From positions 73,098,001 to 73,162,000 of the forward strand of contig NC_042998.1 in assembly GCF_006345805.1 (NCBI RefSeq): a stretch of 64,000 nt of DNA, in the 5' to 3' direction. The position numbers and the translations under genes are program-made. The notes beneath the pieces are model-generated. The model had not been told where the DNA came from and did not search any database. It saw only the letters and a program-made list of their open reading frames with translations. Source of the DNA: Octopus sinensis. Taxonomy: Eukaryota. Positions 12,148 through 25,639 of this stretch are shown one piece after another. The number at the start of each line of letters is the position of its first letter. Positions within the stretch are counted from its first letter, which is position 1.

Positions 12148-14454
12148 CTTCATGATATTCTATATTCAAATATGAACTTATGCTACAAGGTTACAAAACT
12201 CTCATGATTTTAAGAGGATAGAAATCTTGTAGAAATGAAGCATCTGGGTGAAGTGAGTGTCGCAAATGAAGACCCTTACTCCATGTCATATGGAAGGGGA
12301 CATTGGAAGGTTCCTGGCTTTCAGGGTATCGCGAAAGACCTGGTTGGTTGCTGACTGTTTCGTGTTGTTTCACAGGGTTTAGAAAACTCTGAAGGACCAC
12401 TGCAATAAGTGTGTGTATCTGAAAGGGGAATATATTAAATAAAATCATTATTAATTGATACAAATGCCTTACCTTTTACTGAAAACCAGAAACTTATCAT
12501 CACCCCCTCGCATACAGGAACTGCTTAATACAGAAATTCACACAGCATGAATTATTTGAAATTATTCTATACCTCAGAAAGTGTGAACTCCATAAAATAT
12601 AGACATTCTTAACTGAGCCTGTATCATAAAGAAAATGCTTGTGCTGAGATGTGATGCTGTGATCTATAATATAAATGTTTATTTTATGTTGATAAACAAA
12701 GAAAACTTGTTGAAGTTTTAAATACAGAAAATATCAGGAATGATTTTAAGAGACGCTAAAATCAAGAAATTAAGTTTCACTTACGTGAAACAGCTTTCTC
12801 ATATAAGAATATATTTGCATAGTAGAAGACTCATTTTGCCATCATATAATAAAGAGCTTTGAAAAACAACCATAAGAAAAACGGCGGTATCATGGCAGCT
12901 AGTTCACACTGCCATTTCATTTATTTGGATTTTGAAAGCCTTTAACGTTGTACATATATTGCACAATGTTATATGATATTCTTTGATCTCTCTTCATGGC
13001 ATTCATTCAAATAATATTTGCCAATTTTTTACGTTTACCTTACATTCTGGTTAGTTATATGTTTTTATATATTTCTTCCAATAAAAATATGCAGAATTTT
13101 GAGAAAAGATGAAGGATATATCCTGTTATAAAAAAGAAATAATTTTTATTTGGTATAAAGAAATGTGGTCAATAGAGTATGTGGATAAAAACTATAGGAC
13201 AAGAAATGTAAGCAAGACTTTTTAAAAAGACTTTGAAGAAAATTCACATGAAAGGTATATATATATATGTGTGTGTTTGAGTGTGTGCGTGTGCGCATGT
13301 GTGTGTATCTATGTGTGCATGTATGAATGCATATATATATATATATATAATTATATTTCACTTCAAAGAATAAGAAAGGAAAACAGGTAAAAGATAAAAT
13401 ATAGAGGAAGTTGATGTGAACAGAACTGTTTTGATGTTTCCATGCTATTTCAAACTATTTATCCCTATTTTAGTGTGCGTTTCAATTGGTTAGATATAGT
13501 CATGCAGTGTGTGAATGTATAAGTTTGCACACATGCATAGTACATGCATCTATGTCATGCACACACATGCAGACACACACACACATATGAAATAAATCTA
13601 TACTAATGTATATGTACCTATATATGTGTGCGCGTGTGTGTGAATTAGATCTATTCTGATGCGTACGTGTGTATATGTGTGTGTGTGTGTCTGTACGTGT
13701 CTGGGTAGTAGTTGAAATTTTTGAATGTGTAGTTGTGCGTTGGGCACGGTATATTTAAATGTATGAGTGCATACTGTTTCCACATCATTAATATATGCGC
13801 ATAAGAGTAAATATCTAAAGGCATTTGGTGCAATAAATATGGTAGTAATTTTTTCTTCTTCGATGTGTAAGTTTGTTTGTGTGCGCGCGCGTGTGTGTGC
13901 GTGTGTTTGTTTTTCAGTTTGTGTTATTGCGTAATTATGTTTCTATTTGTGTGTCAAATTATGTGCGGGTGTGTGAGTGTGTACATGTGTCTGTTTGTAT
14001 TTGTGCGAAGTACTCATTTCTTGAAATTTTCATGCAAGTTTTCAATGAGTAGATGAATTATATCTTTAATTATTTTAACTACAATACTAAATTTCTATGA
14101 AGAGTCCAGCGTTTTTCATTCATTATCAAGATCAATTATACAAAATTCTCAAATGAGTAATCGATTTTGCTTTATAAAACTGTTCATCCTCAGTACTGAC
14201 ACTGATGTGTGTTTACTAGATAATTTACTGTTGCATTTAAAATACATATTGTGAGTTAGTGATATTGCTTTCTTTTGTAATTTGGACCGGAAATGTTTAT
14301 TTTTAGCTTCAATAGGATTTAAACCCTGTACTTTCTTTGTATAATTTATGAACGACAATGTCTAACGAAAAATAGACGATGGTTTTTTGCGTGAGAGACA
14401 ATGGAATGCTTTATTACTTCATAGCTATTGTATTCATATTGCATGTATATATTT

Positions 14455-14492
14455 TATGTAAGTATATGTATATATATATATGTATATATATG

Positions 14493-14550
<58 letters not shown>

Positions 14551-14551
14551 C

Positions 14552-14606
<55 letters not shown>

Positions 14607-14710
14607 CATACATATATATACATATATATATATATATGAACATATATATAATATATATATATATATGTACATATATATATATATATATATAAATATGTAC
14701 ATATATATAT

Positions 14711-14787
<77 letters not shown>

Positions 14788-14805
14788 GTGTGCATGTGTG
14801 TGTGT
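14455..14805. repeat. Long interrupted (TA)n microsatellite
   Basis: Direct reading; source of six overlapping spurious YI ORFs. Confidence 0.95.
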
Positions 14806-15299
14806 ACAAACTTTAGCTAGTTGAAATATGTTTGTGGCATATTTCAACTTGTAAAGGCAAAATCACTGCAGTTACCGTAGAGAAAAACATTTTCTTATAG
14901 TAAATAGGTAAAACGCCCATATCTGTCCAGTGCTGCCTCCGCTCGTATATCCAAACGTGTTTTGCTCTCCTATAGTCAATTATGACTGGGAAATATCGAA
15001 AAGAGGCAACATAAAGCACGGTAATTTGCAGCAGGTCAATTGGCCCTTATAACATGATAGATACAAGTGAAAAATGTATTACTCTCTTTAAACAGTTAAA
15101 ATATTCTTTTTTTATTTCTGGCAGACTCAGCTTGTCTTATTAATTTCTAACATGACAAATGAAAGGACACGCAGTTTAGAAATTGCCAACGTTCTAAATG
15201 TTATCAGGTTTCTGTACATAAATTTGAGATAGAATTAGAAACCACTAGCGAAAATGCTTCACACTTTACAATAAGTAACAGTAAATATTCGAAAAGTTC

Positions 15300-15575
15300 T
15301 AACACAGTGAGGACATCTCAATTCATCCAACAGATTCAGGACATTGTTAATGGAGAAATTAATGAGGACAATGGCCAAAGAGCGTCAGGTTTTGGGGTAA
15401 ACGATCGGAATTTTTATCCGAGCCAACCGGTCCTTAATAACGTTGTAAAGACTCACAAATACAGCATGCTTTTATTCGCCCCTGATGAGAAAAGCTTCCG
15501 ACAGGAGTTGATCTAGCCACTGCAATGGTTTTGTAAGTTGTGAAAATCAATGACTTTGATAATTATACCTGTAAC
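15300..15575 (+). mobile_element. Internally deleted Tc1/mariner remnant
   Basis: QFIQQIQDIVN and SMLLFAPDEKSFRQE resemble Tc1-type QDII...WFFSDEKNF. There is a TIR-like end gactttgataattatacctgta. Confidence 0.4.
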
Positions 15576-15816
15576 GTTAGCAAATCTAAGGGACAGGATC
15601 ATTCACGTATGTGTATATGCATGTAAGGCGGTAGTTTGATATGGTACTCAGTGATTCAGATAGCTTGCCCGGTGTATTCTTTGGGTAATCTCTGCTCCCT
15701 TAATTTAAATTCCGTGGAACTTACGTTTGGATTTCTCCTTTTTGCGGTCAATAAAAAATTAAGAGAGACCCATCTTTTCATTCTTCCCTTCTGTTTGTCT
15801 GTTTATCTCTCTCATT

Positions 15817-15847
<31 letters not shown>

Positions 15848-16613
15848 CAAGCAAACAACACACATGCTCACATACGTGCAAACAGGCCGGTGTACATAAA
15901 GGTTTGTCTGCTTGCATGATGGAACGAATATATGTATGGAAATATTTATTTGGAAAATGTCATTGGTCTTATAACTCTCGATATTTTATTTGGTATTATT
16001 TATCAAGGAACAATAAGTAACAATGCGTTATCTATGAATGCCCATATTTACTTGTACATATGTTTGTCTGTGTATATGCTTTTGTATTCTTCCTCTGTAT
16101 GTGTACGTAAGCAAATGCTCTGAATATATAGTGTTAAAATTGTGCGTAGCTTCTTTACTAGAAAAATAATTATGCTCATTGAGCTTACAAGTTCGAAACA
16201 TTATATATCAATAACCATGTATGATAACGGGTGAAATATGTGTGCAACTGTCATCTTGCCTTATAACAAATATACGATTTTCCTTTAAATTGAAAATGAA
16301 TAATTGTCTATCGAATTAATAATACATTTAATTATCTCCGCGCTTCGTTATGTAAATTTTTCATTCTCCAACTAAGAAGCAAATTTGAATTTATTACGAA
16401 GATATTACACGCCACTTAGTACGTCTAAATTCTTGCCAGTTGATCAATTGATTTATTTCCTCTATCTCATAATTGTGTGTGCATGCGTGTATACATGTGT
16501 GCATGTGTTTGTGGGTGTGCGTATGTATAGTATATAAATGTACATATATATGTATGTATACATATATACATATATGCATGCACATACAAACATATATATA
16601 TATATATATATAT

Positions 16614-17030
16614 CTTTACTCTTTACTCTTTTACTCTTTTACTTGTTTCAGTCATTTGACTGCGGCCATGCTGGAGCACCGCCTTTAATCGAGCAACTCG
16701 ATCCCGGGACTTATTCTTTTGTAAGCCCAGTACTTATTCTATCGGTCTCTTTTGCCGAACCGCTAAGTAACGGGGACATATACACACCAGCATCGGTTGT
16801 CAAGCAATGCTAGGGGGACAAACAGACACACATACACACACACATACGCACATATATATATATACATATATACGACGGGCTTCTTTTCAGTTTCCGTCTA
16901 CCAAATCCACTCACAAGGCTTTGGTCGGCCCGAGACTATAGTAGAAGACACTTGCCCAAGGTGCCACGCAGTGGGACTGAACCTGGAACCATGTGGTTGG
17001 TAAACAAGCTACTTACCACACAGCCACTCC
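16614..17030 (-). mobile_element. tRNA-derived SINE family A (octopus OR/OK-like), near full length
   Basis: On the minus strand: A box TGGCTGTGTGG, B box GGTTCAGTCCC, CCTTGGGCAAGT, an internal (TA/TG) tract and a (GAGTAAA)n tail. Confidence 0.9.
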
Positions 17031-17035
17031 TATAT

Positions 17036-17100
<65 letters not shown>

Positions 17101-17934
17101 TAAGCATAGGTGCACACTGCTGAGCTTCTTTAAATAATAGAACTCTAAAGCAGCTGTGCAAATAATTATGCATTGCATGTGTGAGTTTTATGCAGTAATA
17201 CAAAAAGCACTCATGTAATTCGATGTACCATTTAAAGTCATGTGTAATTAATTATGCGAATATAAAACTGACCTATTTGCTGTTTCTTCTTTATCATTTC
17301 TTGTGTGTTTAAGCAGTGGATTAAATAAAAGCGTCTTATTTTACATGGGATTTAGTTTTTCTACTGAATGATATATAACTACATATGAACATTCTTTCAC
17401 ATACACCTATCTCATTGAGTGCGCTTTGTAGTACAGTGTTTGTGTGTTTGTGTATTATATGTGTGTGTGTATGGGAGTATGTGTGTCTATGTTGGTACGC
17501 GTTCGTGTGTGTATATCTGTATCTGTGTTTGTCTGTCAGAGCAGAGAGTTAATTTTTTTGTCCATATTTGATACTAACTCTAAAGATTTGTGCCTCTATT
17601 TCCTATTAAATTTCTTCGTCCGTCCTAATTTGTCCATGCACTAATTTTCTGTACTCTTAATAGCTCGACTTCCTGTCTTATCTTCTGACGTCTCTCTTGG
17701 CTTTAGAATATTTATGTTCTCTAAATCTCCCTTCAAACTTCCTTTCATTTCTCGCCCTTACTTCGTATGTCCACTATATCTACACATTCAGATTGATTTA
17801 ATTCTTTTGTTTTATCGTATATTTTGTAGTCTCGTGTCACCAAACACCGTCCACTTCCATCTCTCTTTTGATATTTTACTATGTTACCACCAAAGATGAA
17901 TCGTTGGATGAAATGTTACCACCCTGGGTAAAAT

Positions 17935-18095
17935 ATTTAGAACTATTTCGCCCGTCTTCACATTCCACAGAGGTCCACTTTGCCATCCATAATTTCAGCG
18001 TCGATAAAATAATAACCAGTTGAGTGCTGGGGTCGATGTAATTGATTTACCCCCTCCCCAAAATTGCTGGTCTTCTGTCAAAATTTGAAATATTT
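17935..18095 (+). mobile_element. SINE family B monomer, decayed
   Basis: gtcgataaaataataaccagttgagtgctggggtcgatgtaattga...cccctccccaaaattgctgg matches the family B core and right tail. Confidence 0.6.
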
Positions 18096-18329
18096 TTCCA
18101 CTAAAAAAGATAATTATCATTATCGTTTACCTTGTTTTTCTCTCTCTTTCTCCTGCGCTCTTTGTTCAGTCTCTTTTACTTTCTATTTCTTCATTGTCCT
18201 ACGTCATGCCATGAGGAAGAACATGTACTTGAAACGTTAGTCTTCATTTCTCGAAACAACTAAACTTAGGAGAGTATGATCATTTTCCTTTTATCTTGTA
18301 CTTCTTGCAGTCATTAGTCAACGTCCATA

Positions 18330-18910
18330 CGGAGACAGCACCTTGAAGAATCTTCGTTGAATGGATGGAGACAATATTAATTCTTTCGGTCTCTGTTGCC
18401 GAAGAACTAAAATCCGGGGACGTAAATACAACATTGGTTGTCAAGCGTTGGGTGGGGGGGCAAAACGCTGCTGTAAAGACATATACACATATATATTAAT
18501 GTACACTATATAAATATAGGAGCTACTAATAGATTCTTGCAATTGAGACAGGTGGTTAAGCAGATTCTTATAACGTGCCATGTGCTTTCAACCACTCTTC
18601 AGAGTTTTTGAGCTCAAAGCCCGAAATTGGCAAGAAAGTATTAGTGCAGTGTACATTAAATTACATTTCTCTCTCACTAAATTGAGTAGGTTTTGTTGAT
18701 CCTACGTAAACGGAACAGTAAACTGCGCGCGAGCCCACACAGACACACACCCGCTCATCTGTATGTGTGTGTGTGTGTGTGTGTGAATTTCCGCCTACCA
18801 AATCTGCTCACAAAACGTTGATCGGAAAACACAAGACTCTTAGCCCAGTTGACACGCAGTGGGACTGAACGTGAACCATGTGACTGGGGAACAAATTTCA
18901 TAGCACACAT
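18330..18910 (-). mobile_element. Decayed SINE family A in two pieces (about 18330-18480 and 18765-18910)
   Basis: tcggtctctgttgccgaa...ggggacgtaaa...ggttgtcaagcg and ccgcctaccaaatc...cacgcagtgggactgaac...accatgtg are similar to 16614-17030. Confidence 0.55.
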
Positions 18911-19089
18911 CCTATAAATGTAAGAAATGTTGTATGCTTCCTCTGTATGTCTACGTAAGCAAATTTTCTAAATATATAATGTAAAACTTTTAAATGTCAA
19001 AATTGTGCGAAGCTTCTTCACTAGAAAAGCAATTATAGCTTTGAAACATTATATATCAAAGGCAGTGAAAATCATTCACGACTGAATTC

Positions 19090-19390
19090 CTATCGTGAAT
19101 TGAGAGAACAGCTGGAATTTGATTCGGACCTTTTACCGAAGGTCATGACTGGCAACGAAAGCTAGTGCTCCGCAGTTTGCAGATGTGGAAGAGGTGAAGA
19201 AAATATCGATGGAGATGTTAAAGGGCATCACTTCACAAATGTGTCAGGACTGCTTCGGACAGTGGAAAACGCGTGCGGAACGATGCATTGCTTCAAATGG
19301 AGAATGCTTTGAAGGTGATAAAAGTGTAAACATGTAAAACAAAGTAAATAAAATAATACTGCAAAATCCGGGTTTGTTTTGGGTACCTCA
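19090..19390 (+). mobile_element. Internally deleted mariner (transposase fragment plus right TIR)
   Basis: LLPKVMTGNES (cf. ITGDES) is joined to FADVEEVKKISMEMLKGITSQMCQDCFGQWKTRAERCIASNGECFEGDK. A TIR-like aaatccgggtttgttttgggtacctc follows. Confidence 0.75.
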
Positions 19391-19882
19391 ACATAAGATA
19401 CTATACACAATAAGATTGATTGCAACGCACCTATTTTGGCTCCAACGGAAAAATTTAGTATATAATGTTATATATTTATACATTGTGTTATAAAAACAAA
19501 AATCCATCATGATGGTATTGGTAAAAATTCCACTATCATAATTTCACGAGTACTCATCCTTTAAGAATTATAGAACTACTAAAATAATAAAAATCTCACA
19601 ATTAGAAATATTGTTACAAGTTATCTTCTATAGTATTGAGACATACATCATGGCTCTTTGAAAATGAATTATTTCATTCAACTGAGTGAGTTAGGCGACA
19701 CATTGTTCAGTTATATTTACGTTAATCACTTCAAATAACAATATCACATATTATGTAGAGATGTGCAAGAATACACACTCACATACACACGGAAGAATAG
19801 AGAGATATGCATTCACACACATATATGGAACATATAACAATGTTTATATAATTATGTAAATATTATGTATATATATATGCAT

Positions 19883-19979
<97 letters not shown>

Positions 19980-20008
19980 AAGAGTGAGAGATTATCTATA
20001 TTTATATA

Positions 20009-21599
20009 CTAGTATTATGACCCGTCGTTGCCGGGTCATAGTGCTTGTGCATGTATAAGTGTGTATATATATATATGTGTCCATATTACATGTACATCTG
20101 TATATATACATCTACACATAAAATACAAAATACAAAGTTATATCTTGATATCGCTAGTGATAACAATACTCAAAATATATAACAGACTGGAATTGTAGGC
20201 CCGTCTCTTGCAATTTCGATCAATTGTATCTTGTTCTCCCTCTTGTATAGAAGTGTGGCTACAATCCAGCCTACCTCTACTTCTGAGGAGACATTTTAAA
20301 TTTTTATCCGGGACGTCCTACGTCCCAGATATAAAGGTAAAAATAAAATATTTCCACTTTGCAAGGTTCGAGTCGAGTACTCCTTTGCACGCTCCATTGA
20401 CTCGAACCTTGCTTCTATTGTGGCGAATTTACCGGCTCTGGTTAGATACTTATCTTTCATAGTCGAACCAAGACACTTTTCGATGGTGCTTTCCTCCAGG
20501 TGTTCAAATCTTTTTTTCTCTACATTGTATACTTTATAGACAATAGTCTTTTCTTTAATTTAATTTGTTTTATTTCGTTTGGCGGTTTTATCCTATATTC
20601 ACCGTCTTTGTCGGTGATCAATCCGAAGTAGGTTTGTATTTCTTCCATTTTAATTTTAATGAGTTCGCGCCCGCCGACGGCTGCAGCGAAATTCATTTTT
20701 GAACTTTCTTCTATCGAAGGCATTTTAACAAAAATGCTTCCGTATAAAAGGTGAAAATATTGTCAATTTCCCCATACAGGCACACAATTCAATTTTTAAA
20801 CAATAACCAAAGCTCCTTCTCCCAAAGGGAGAGGGTTACGGTTTACAAACATTTAACAAATGCAACACAACAACATTTCCCTTTCGATTAACCAACAAAC
20901 GTGATAACAATAGTTAAGCAGTAATAATAATAACAACAAACTTTACGGTGAATATAAAAACACTACGCAGTTGAAGCTATAGTCCTTCATGTATAAGAAA
21001 TAAATCAACAGCAGTACTCAGTAGAAGCGGCTGTTCGAGAAAACAGACATTACATACAGCCAAACGTCATATAGATACTTAATGCCAGCTAATTAGCAGA
21101 TAATCTAATGTAAATGCTGTGGTAAAAGGTATGTGCACAGCTCCACCTAGACTATTCCATTTCTGCACGCTAATTTTATTTATATTTTATTCCCATTCAT
21201 GTGAATCCACTTATTCAAGTTCAAGTCATTGATGCAATTTTATACCAATTGCTATTTTTACTTTTGTTATGTTACGATTTAATTATTATATTACACTTTA
21301 GTTTTTAATTATTACTTACTACATATGATTCATTTGTTATTATCTCTAATTTTTATTGTTAACGTGAAAGTATCTGACGTAAAATAGAGAAATATTTTTG
21401 TTTCACTTTTAACACGTAATACTGAAATAGTGGGGAAGCTATGATATTCCTATGGGCTTTTTGTTGCCCATGAAACTACATGGACCCTAAGTAAGGCATT
21501 TGTAAAATTTGAATGAAATTGGTTGTGTAGTTCTTAAGTTTTAGGGAAACACACAGACAGACAGACACACACACACACATTCTCAGTTTTATATATATA
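20009..21599 (-). mobile_element. Non-autonomous Helitron, long unit
   Basis: On the minus strand, a 9-bp perfect hairpin TATGACCCG/CGGGTCATA (20016-20040) is followed by CTAG|T at 20012-20008. The 5' subterminal region has (CAGA)/(CA) repeats of Lep1-like type. Confidence 0.7.
20172..20723 (-). pseudogene. LINE ORF1 (gag-like) N-terminal fragment inside the Helitron
   Basis: Translates ...KFATIEARFESMERAKEYSTRTLQSGNILFLPLYLGRRTSRIKI*NVSSEVEVGWIVATLL, alignable by eye to the ORF1 at 55018-56234. It carries a frameshift near 20520 and an in-frame stop. Confidence 0.6.
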
Positions 21600-22561
21600 C
21601 TAGCATTAAAGACCCGTCGTTGCCGGGTTATAGTGCTAAAGCATGTATATACGTGTATATACATAGAGAGAGAGAGAGAGAGGAGAGAGAAAAAGAGAGA
21701 GAGAGGAGAGAGAAAAAGAGAGAGAGAGGAGAGAGAGAGAAAGAGAGTTCGGATATGTATATTCTGCGTGTCTGTGTACATATTACATGTACATCTTTAT
21801 ATATATATCTGCACATAAAATGCAAAATACAAAGTTATATCTTGATATAGCTAGTGATAACAATACTCAAAATATATAACAGACTGGAATTGTTAGCTCT
21901 TCGTTTTTCTCTACATTGTATAATTTATAGACAATAGTCTTTTCTTTAATTCAATTTTGTATTATCCATCTGGACTACTCCTGTTCTGCACGCTAATTTT
22001 ATTTTAAATTTATTCCCTTTCATGTGAAACCACTTATTCAAGTTCAAATCATTGATGCAATTTTATACCAATTGTTATTTTTACTTATATTATACTTTAG
22101 TTTGATTTTAATTATTACTTACTACATATAATTCAATTGTTATTATTATTTTTATTGTTAAAGTGAAAGCATCTGACATAAAAGAGAGAAATATTTTTGT
22201 TTCACTTGTAACACGTAATACTGAAATAGTGGAGAAGATATGATATTACTATGGGCTCGCTCTAGGCAAGAAGTTGAACATTTTTTACCCATGAAACTAC
22301 ATGGACACTAAGTAAGGCATGTGTAAAATTTGAATGAAATTGGTTGTGTAGTTCTCAAGTTTTAGGGAATCGTAGTGGAGAAGATATGATTTTGCTGTGG
22401 TCTTGCCCTAGGAAAAAAGTTTAAATATTTTGCCGATGACACTCCCCGGACCCTAAGTAAAGCATGTGTAAAATTTGAATGAAATTGGTTGTGTAGTTCT
22501 CAAGTTTTAGGGAAACACACAGACAGACAGACACACAATCTCAGTTTTATATATGTAAAGA
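21600..22561 (-). mobile_element. Non-autonomous Helitron, short (internally deleted) unit, head-to-tail with the previous unit
   Basis: A|TC 5' end at 22562/22561-22560 and CTAG at 21603-21600 with the same hairpin (gacccgtcgttgccgggt). Extensive similarity to 20009-21599. Confidence 0.7.
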
Positions 22562-22624
22562 TATAAATTTCAACTTCTGACACAAATCCTGCAATTTCGG
22601 TGTAATGTCTATGCAAAATAGTTC

Positions 22625-22704
22625 GGCCCCAGTGTTCAACTGATACTTATCATATCAACCTCGATTCTTGTCTGGAGTGCTAACGGTTCTCAAAGCTCGC
22701 TGCC
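22625..22704 (-). mobile_element. Internally deleted SINE family B remnant
   Basis: Minus strand ggcagcgagctttgagaaccgttagcac...ataagtatcagttgaacactggggccga. Confidence 0.5.
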
Positions 22705-25323
22705 ACGTGTATATTTATATATCAAATAAAAGTAAACAAAAGTTTATATTAAAGTGCTTACACGCGTTTCAGTCTCAATGAGTTTATTTTTTTAATTGTA
22801 TTAACTAAAGAACTTCTTTCGTAGAGGATGTATTTCCTATTATTTATTATGCTTCTTGCGTAGAGGATGTATTTCCTATTATTTATTATGCTTTCAAAAT
22901 AACATTATTTTGTTTGACTTCGTAATTACAAGTTGTGTGTGTGAAAAAGAGTGAGAGAGAGAGAGGAGAGAGAGAAAGAGAGAGAGAGAGAGTTCGGATA
23001 TGTATATTCTGCGTGTCTGTTTAAAAGAATTTATGTACGCGTGTATGAAAATTGACAGCCCTTTAAAGCAGCATATTGAACTCCTTCAAAAGATCCTTCT
23101 TATCTCCCTCGTTGCATGTTATTTCCACCCAACGAATCGAACTACACATTATCTTTCCTTGTTCAGAGTAGCCTCATCACAGATTTTTAAGTCTCTTGCT
23201 TTATTTTCGTCTTCAAACATTTACCCATTATGGACCTAAATCCTACCCTACCTCACATTGAAAGTCGAATGAAGAATTACCCTTTGTCCCCACTTTGTCT
23301 TTGTGTTAATCAAGCAATTATTTTCTTTTACGGCACGTTGTGTCCTTGAACAAGTTACTAATGTTCACTATGCTTGATTGCACATATTTTTGAGAGTAAA
23401 ATTCTATTGATAACAGATGAGAGGCTGGAATAACTTTGAAGCTAATCTCCGTTTATTTCCAACATTATAGCAAGCAATGTGCAACAAATTTCGTCAGTAA
23501 AAGTCTGCACGTTGTTACCTCAACTTCATCGCAAACATAATACTCTCCCTAATGAGATTCATCGTAAAACACTCATGCATCACTGGACAAAGTAAAAAGA
23601 AAATATTTGCAATTTCCAAAAATCATCCAGGGGAAGCATCTCTAGCTGAAAATAGGGAAAAAATTTGCACAATGCAAGAACACCAGCATAAGCACAAAAT
23701 TACTGCATGCAAACGCTGAAGCAAACTATTACACAAGGCACCTAATAATGCAAGCAATTAGCTGGCACAAATAGCTCACGTAATTAGAAATATGAAGTAC
23801 CAACTCAATGTACCAAAAACGTACACATCAAGTATGATAAACCGTTTCAAATAATTAAACAACAAAATAATGAAGGCTACCAAGCATTTGTTTCCAAAAT
23901 TGACAATAAAATATTCATTTGAACACAAAGTAAAGTAACTAGCAACATCATGAACAGACATAAATTAAAAAAGAAACCAGAAATACACTGCTTACACTGC
24001 TTCGACGAAAATACTCGAAAATTATCGAGGACGATTGTACAGAGACAAAAAAAAATAATCACAAAACTTAACATATGCGTCTTTAAATTAAACCATGATT
24101 CTTAACACTTCGTTTCAATGGGAAATCAATAGAAGCAGAGTGAAAATTTAAAATGGCACAGCTTGAAAATATCCCAACGTAAAGTGACACTTTAGCAAGA
24201 AACACTGCTCTGCCCAACAATTACAACTATTTGGTTCGAACGTTGTTGCATTCTCAAAATATGTGAGATAGGAAAAGAATTATGAAATTACACAATTTCA
24301 CAAAAATTCTGGTTGAAGCAATAGCATGCAAACCCCCCACAACCTCTAACAGTAAGAAAAAATATAAGCTTATCCTGATTATCATTACCTTACACACTCT
24401 TACCTTTATACTCAGACACAAGACTATTCATGTACCTAGCACAAATGTCTCTTGACATTTTCAGTGAAACTCTCCTCAACATGTACTCTACTTCTATCGA
24501 TATTGGTATTATGCTCTGATAAACAATATTCTGAAAGCCACCTTAAGAAGCAACACAAAACTGTGGCTTTAAAACAATGAATCTAGCACCAAACCTCTGT
24601 TGTATATAACCCAACAGTTCTAAAATTGTAATTTCCCGAACAGATACCAAGCATCTGTCCACTAAATCACTTCTTTCAATTTTCAAATGTACAATCTCTT
24701 CACACCTCATCAAACATACACAGATCAACATATGGGGATAGCATCACATTGACATACTCCAAATATTCACCAGGCATAGCTTTGCAACTATTCGAATCCT
24801 TTATTAATTTCTAGCACCCTGATACCGAAACAGTCCTATATCACTATCAGCAACACCAGAAAAAATTAAATTCAGAGCCGACCTGAACAGCATGAATATG
24901 CAACCGTGAAAGGCAGCAAAAAATAAGTAAGTGGAATATGCAAAGCCTCCAGAACATGCATAACCTATTTAAAATAAATCGTATTGCTGAAACTAAGCTG
25001 AAACATATGTAGAACCCTCGGAGATACTATATTTATCTTACCTAATAAAACAGCAACGAAATATAGGGAAGCTCATGGTTTATATCAGCTCTGCTTAAGT
25101 ATGTACAGAAAATTATAGATTACACAAACCAGTGTTTTTTATCAACACAGATTCTCTGAAGATCAGGATTATAATCCACCTACGCAATAAACAAACGTGT
25201 ATAAAAATATAAGAGTCACACTATATGCAAGGGGTACACTAAGTTTTCATAGCAATTTCAACCTACTCCAAATAACTGGACATAAAATTTTCTAGAAGTA
25301 TACTTTAAAGTATGACTTTAAAC

Positions 25324-25639
25324 CAGAGGTTCTCAAACTTTTTGGGACACTTCCCCACTCATGGCCACATAATACCCCTCAGTGCCCCCACCGATATTTT
25401 TATGTATAAATAAATATTTTATATTTTACTAATTTATATATACTATGAATCTTTTGATATTAAATATATTATATAATCTATATACAATACTATAATAATA
25501 TTAAGATATATTCATAGCGTCCCCCAATCCACTACCTTCCTTCCAACGCCTTCTTTTTTTCTAGCGCCCCCTAAGGCACCAGCGCCCACCTAAACTGTCT
25601 CAACGCCAACTGTGGTAGCGCCCAATTTCACAGCCTGTG
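25324..25639. mobile_element. hAT (Charlie-like) MITE
   Basis: Left TIR CAGAGGTTCTCAAACT; the right end matches its reverse complement at 11/16. The 8-bp TSD is CTTTAAAC (25316-25323) / CTCTAAAC (25640-25647). Confidence 0.65.

Noticed and set aside
23450-25100. A/C-skewed stretch with faint Penelope RT-like peptides
   Set aside because: Too decayed to support a specific call by eye.
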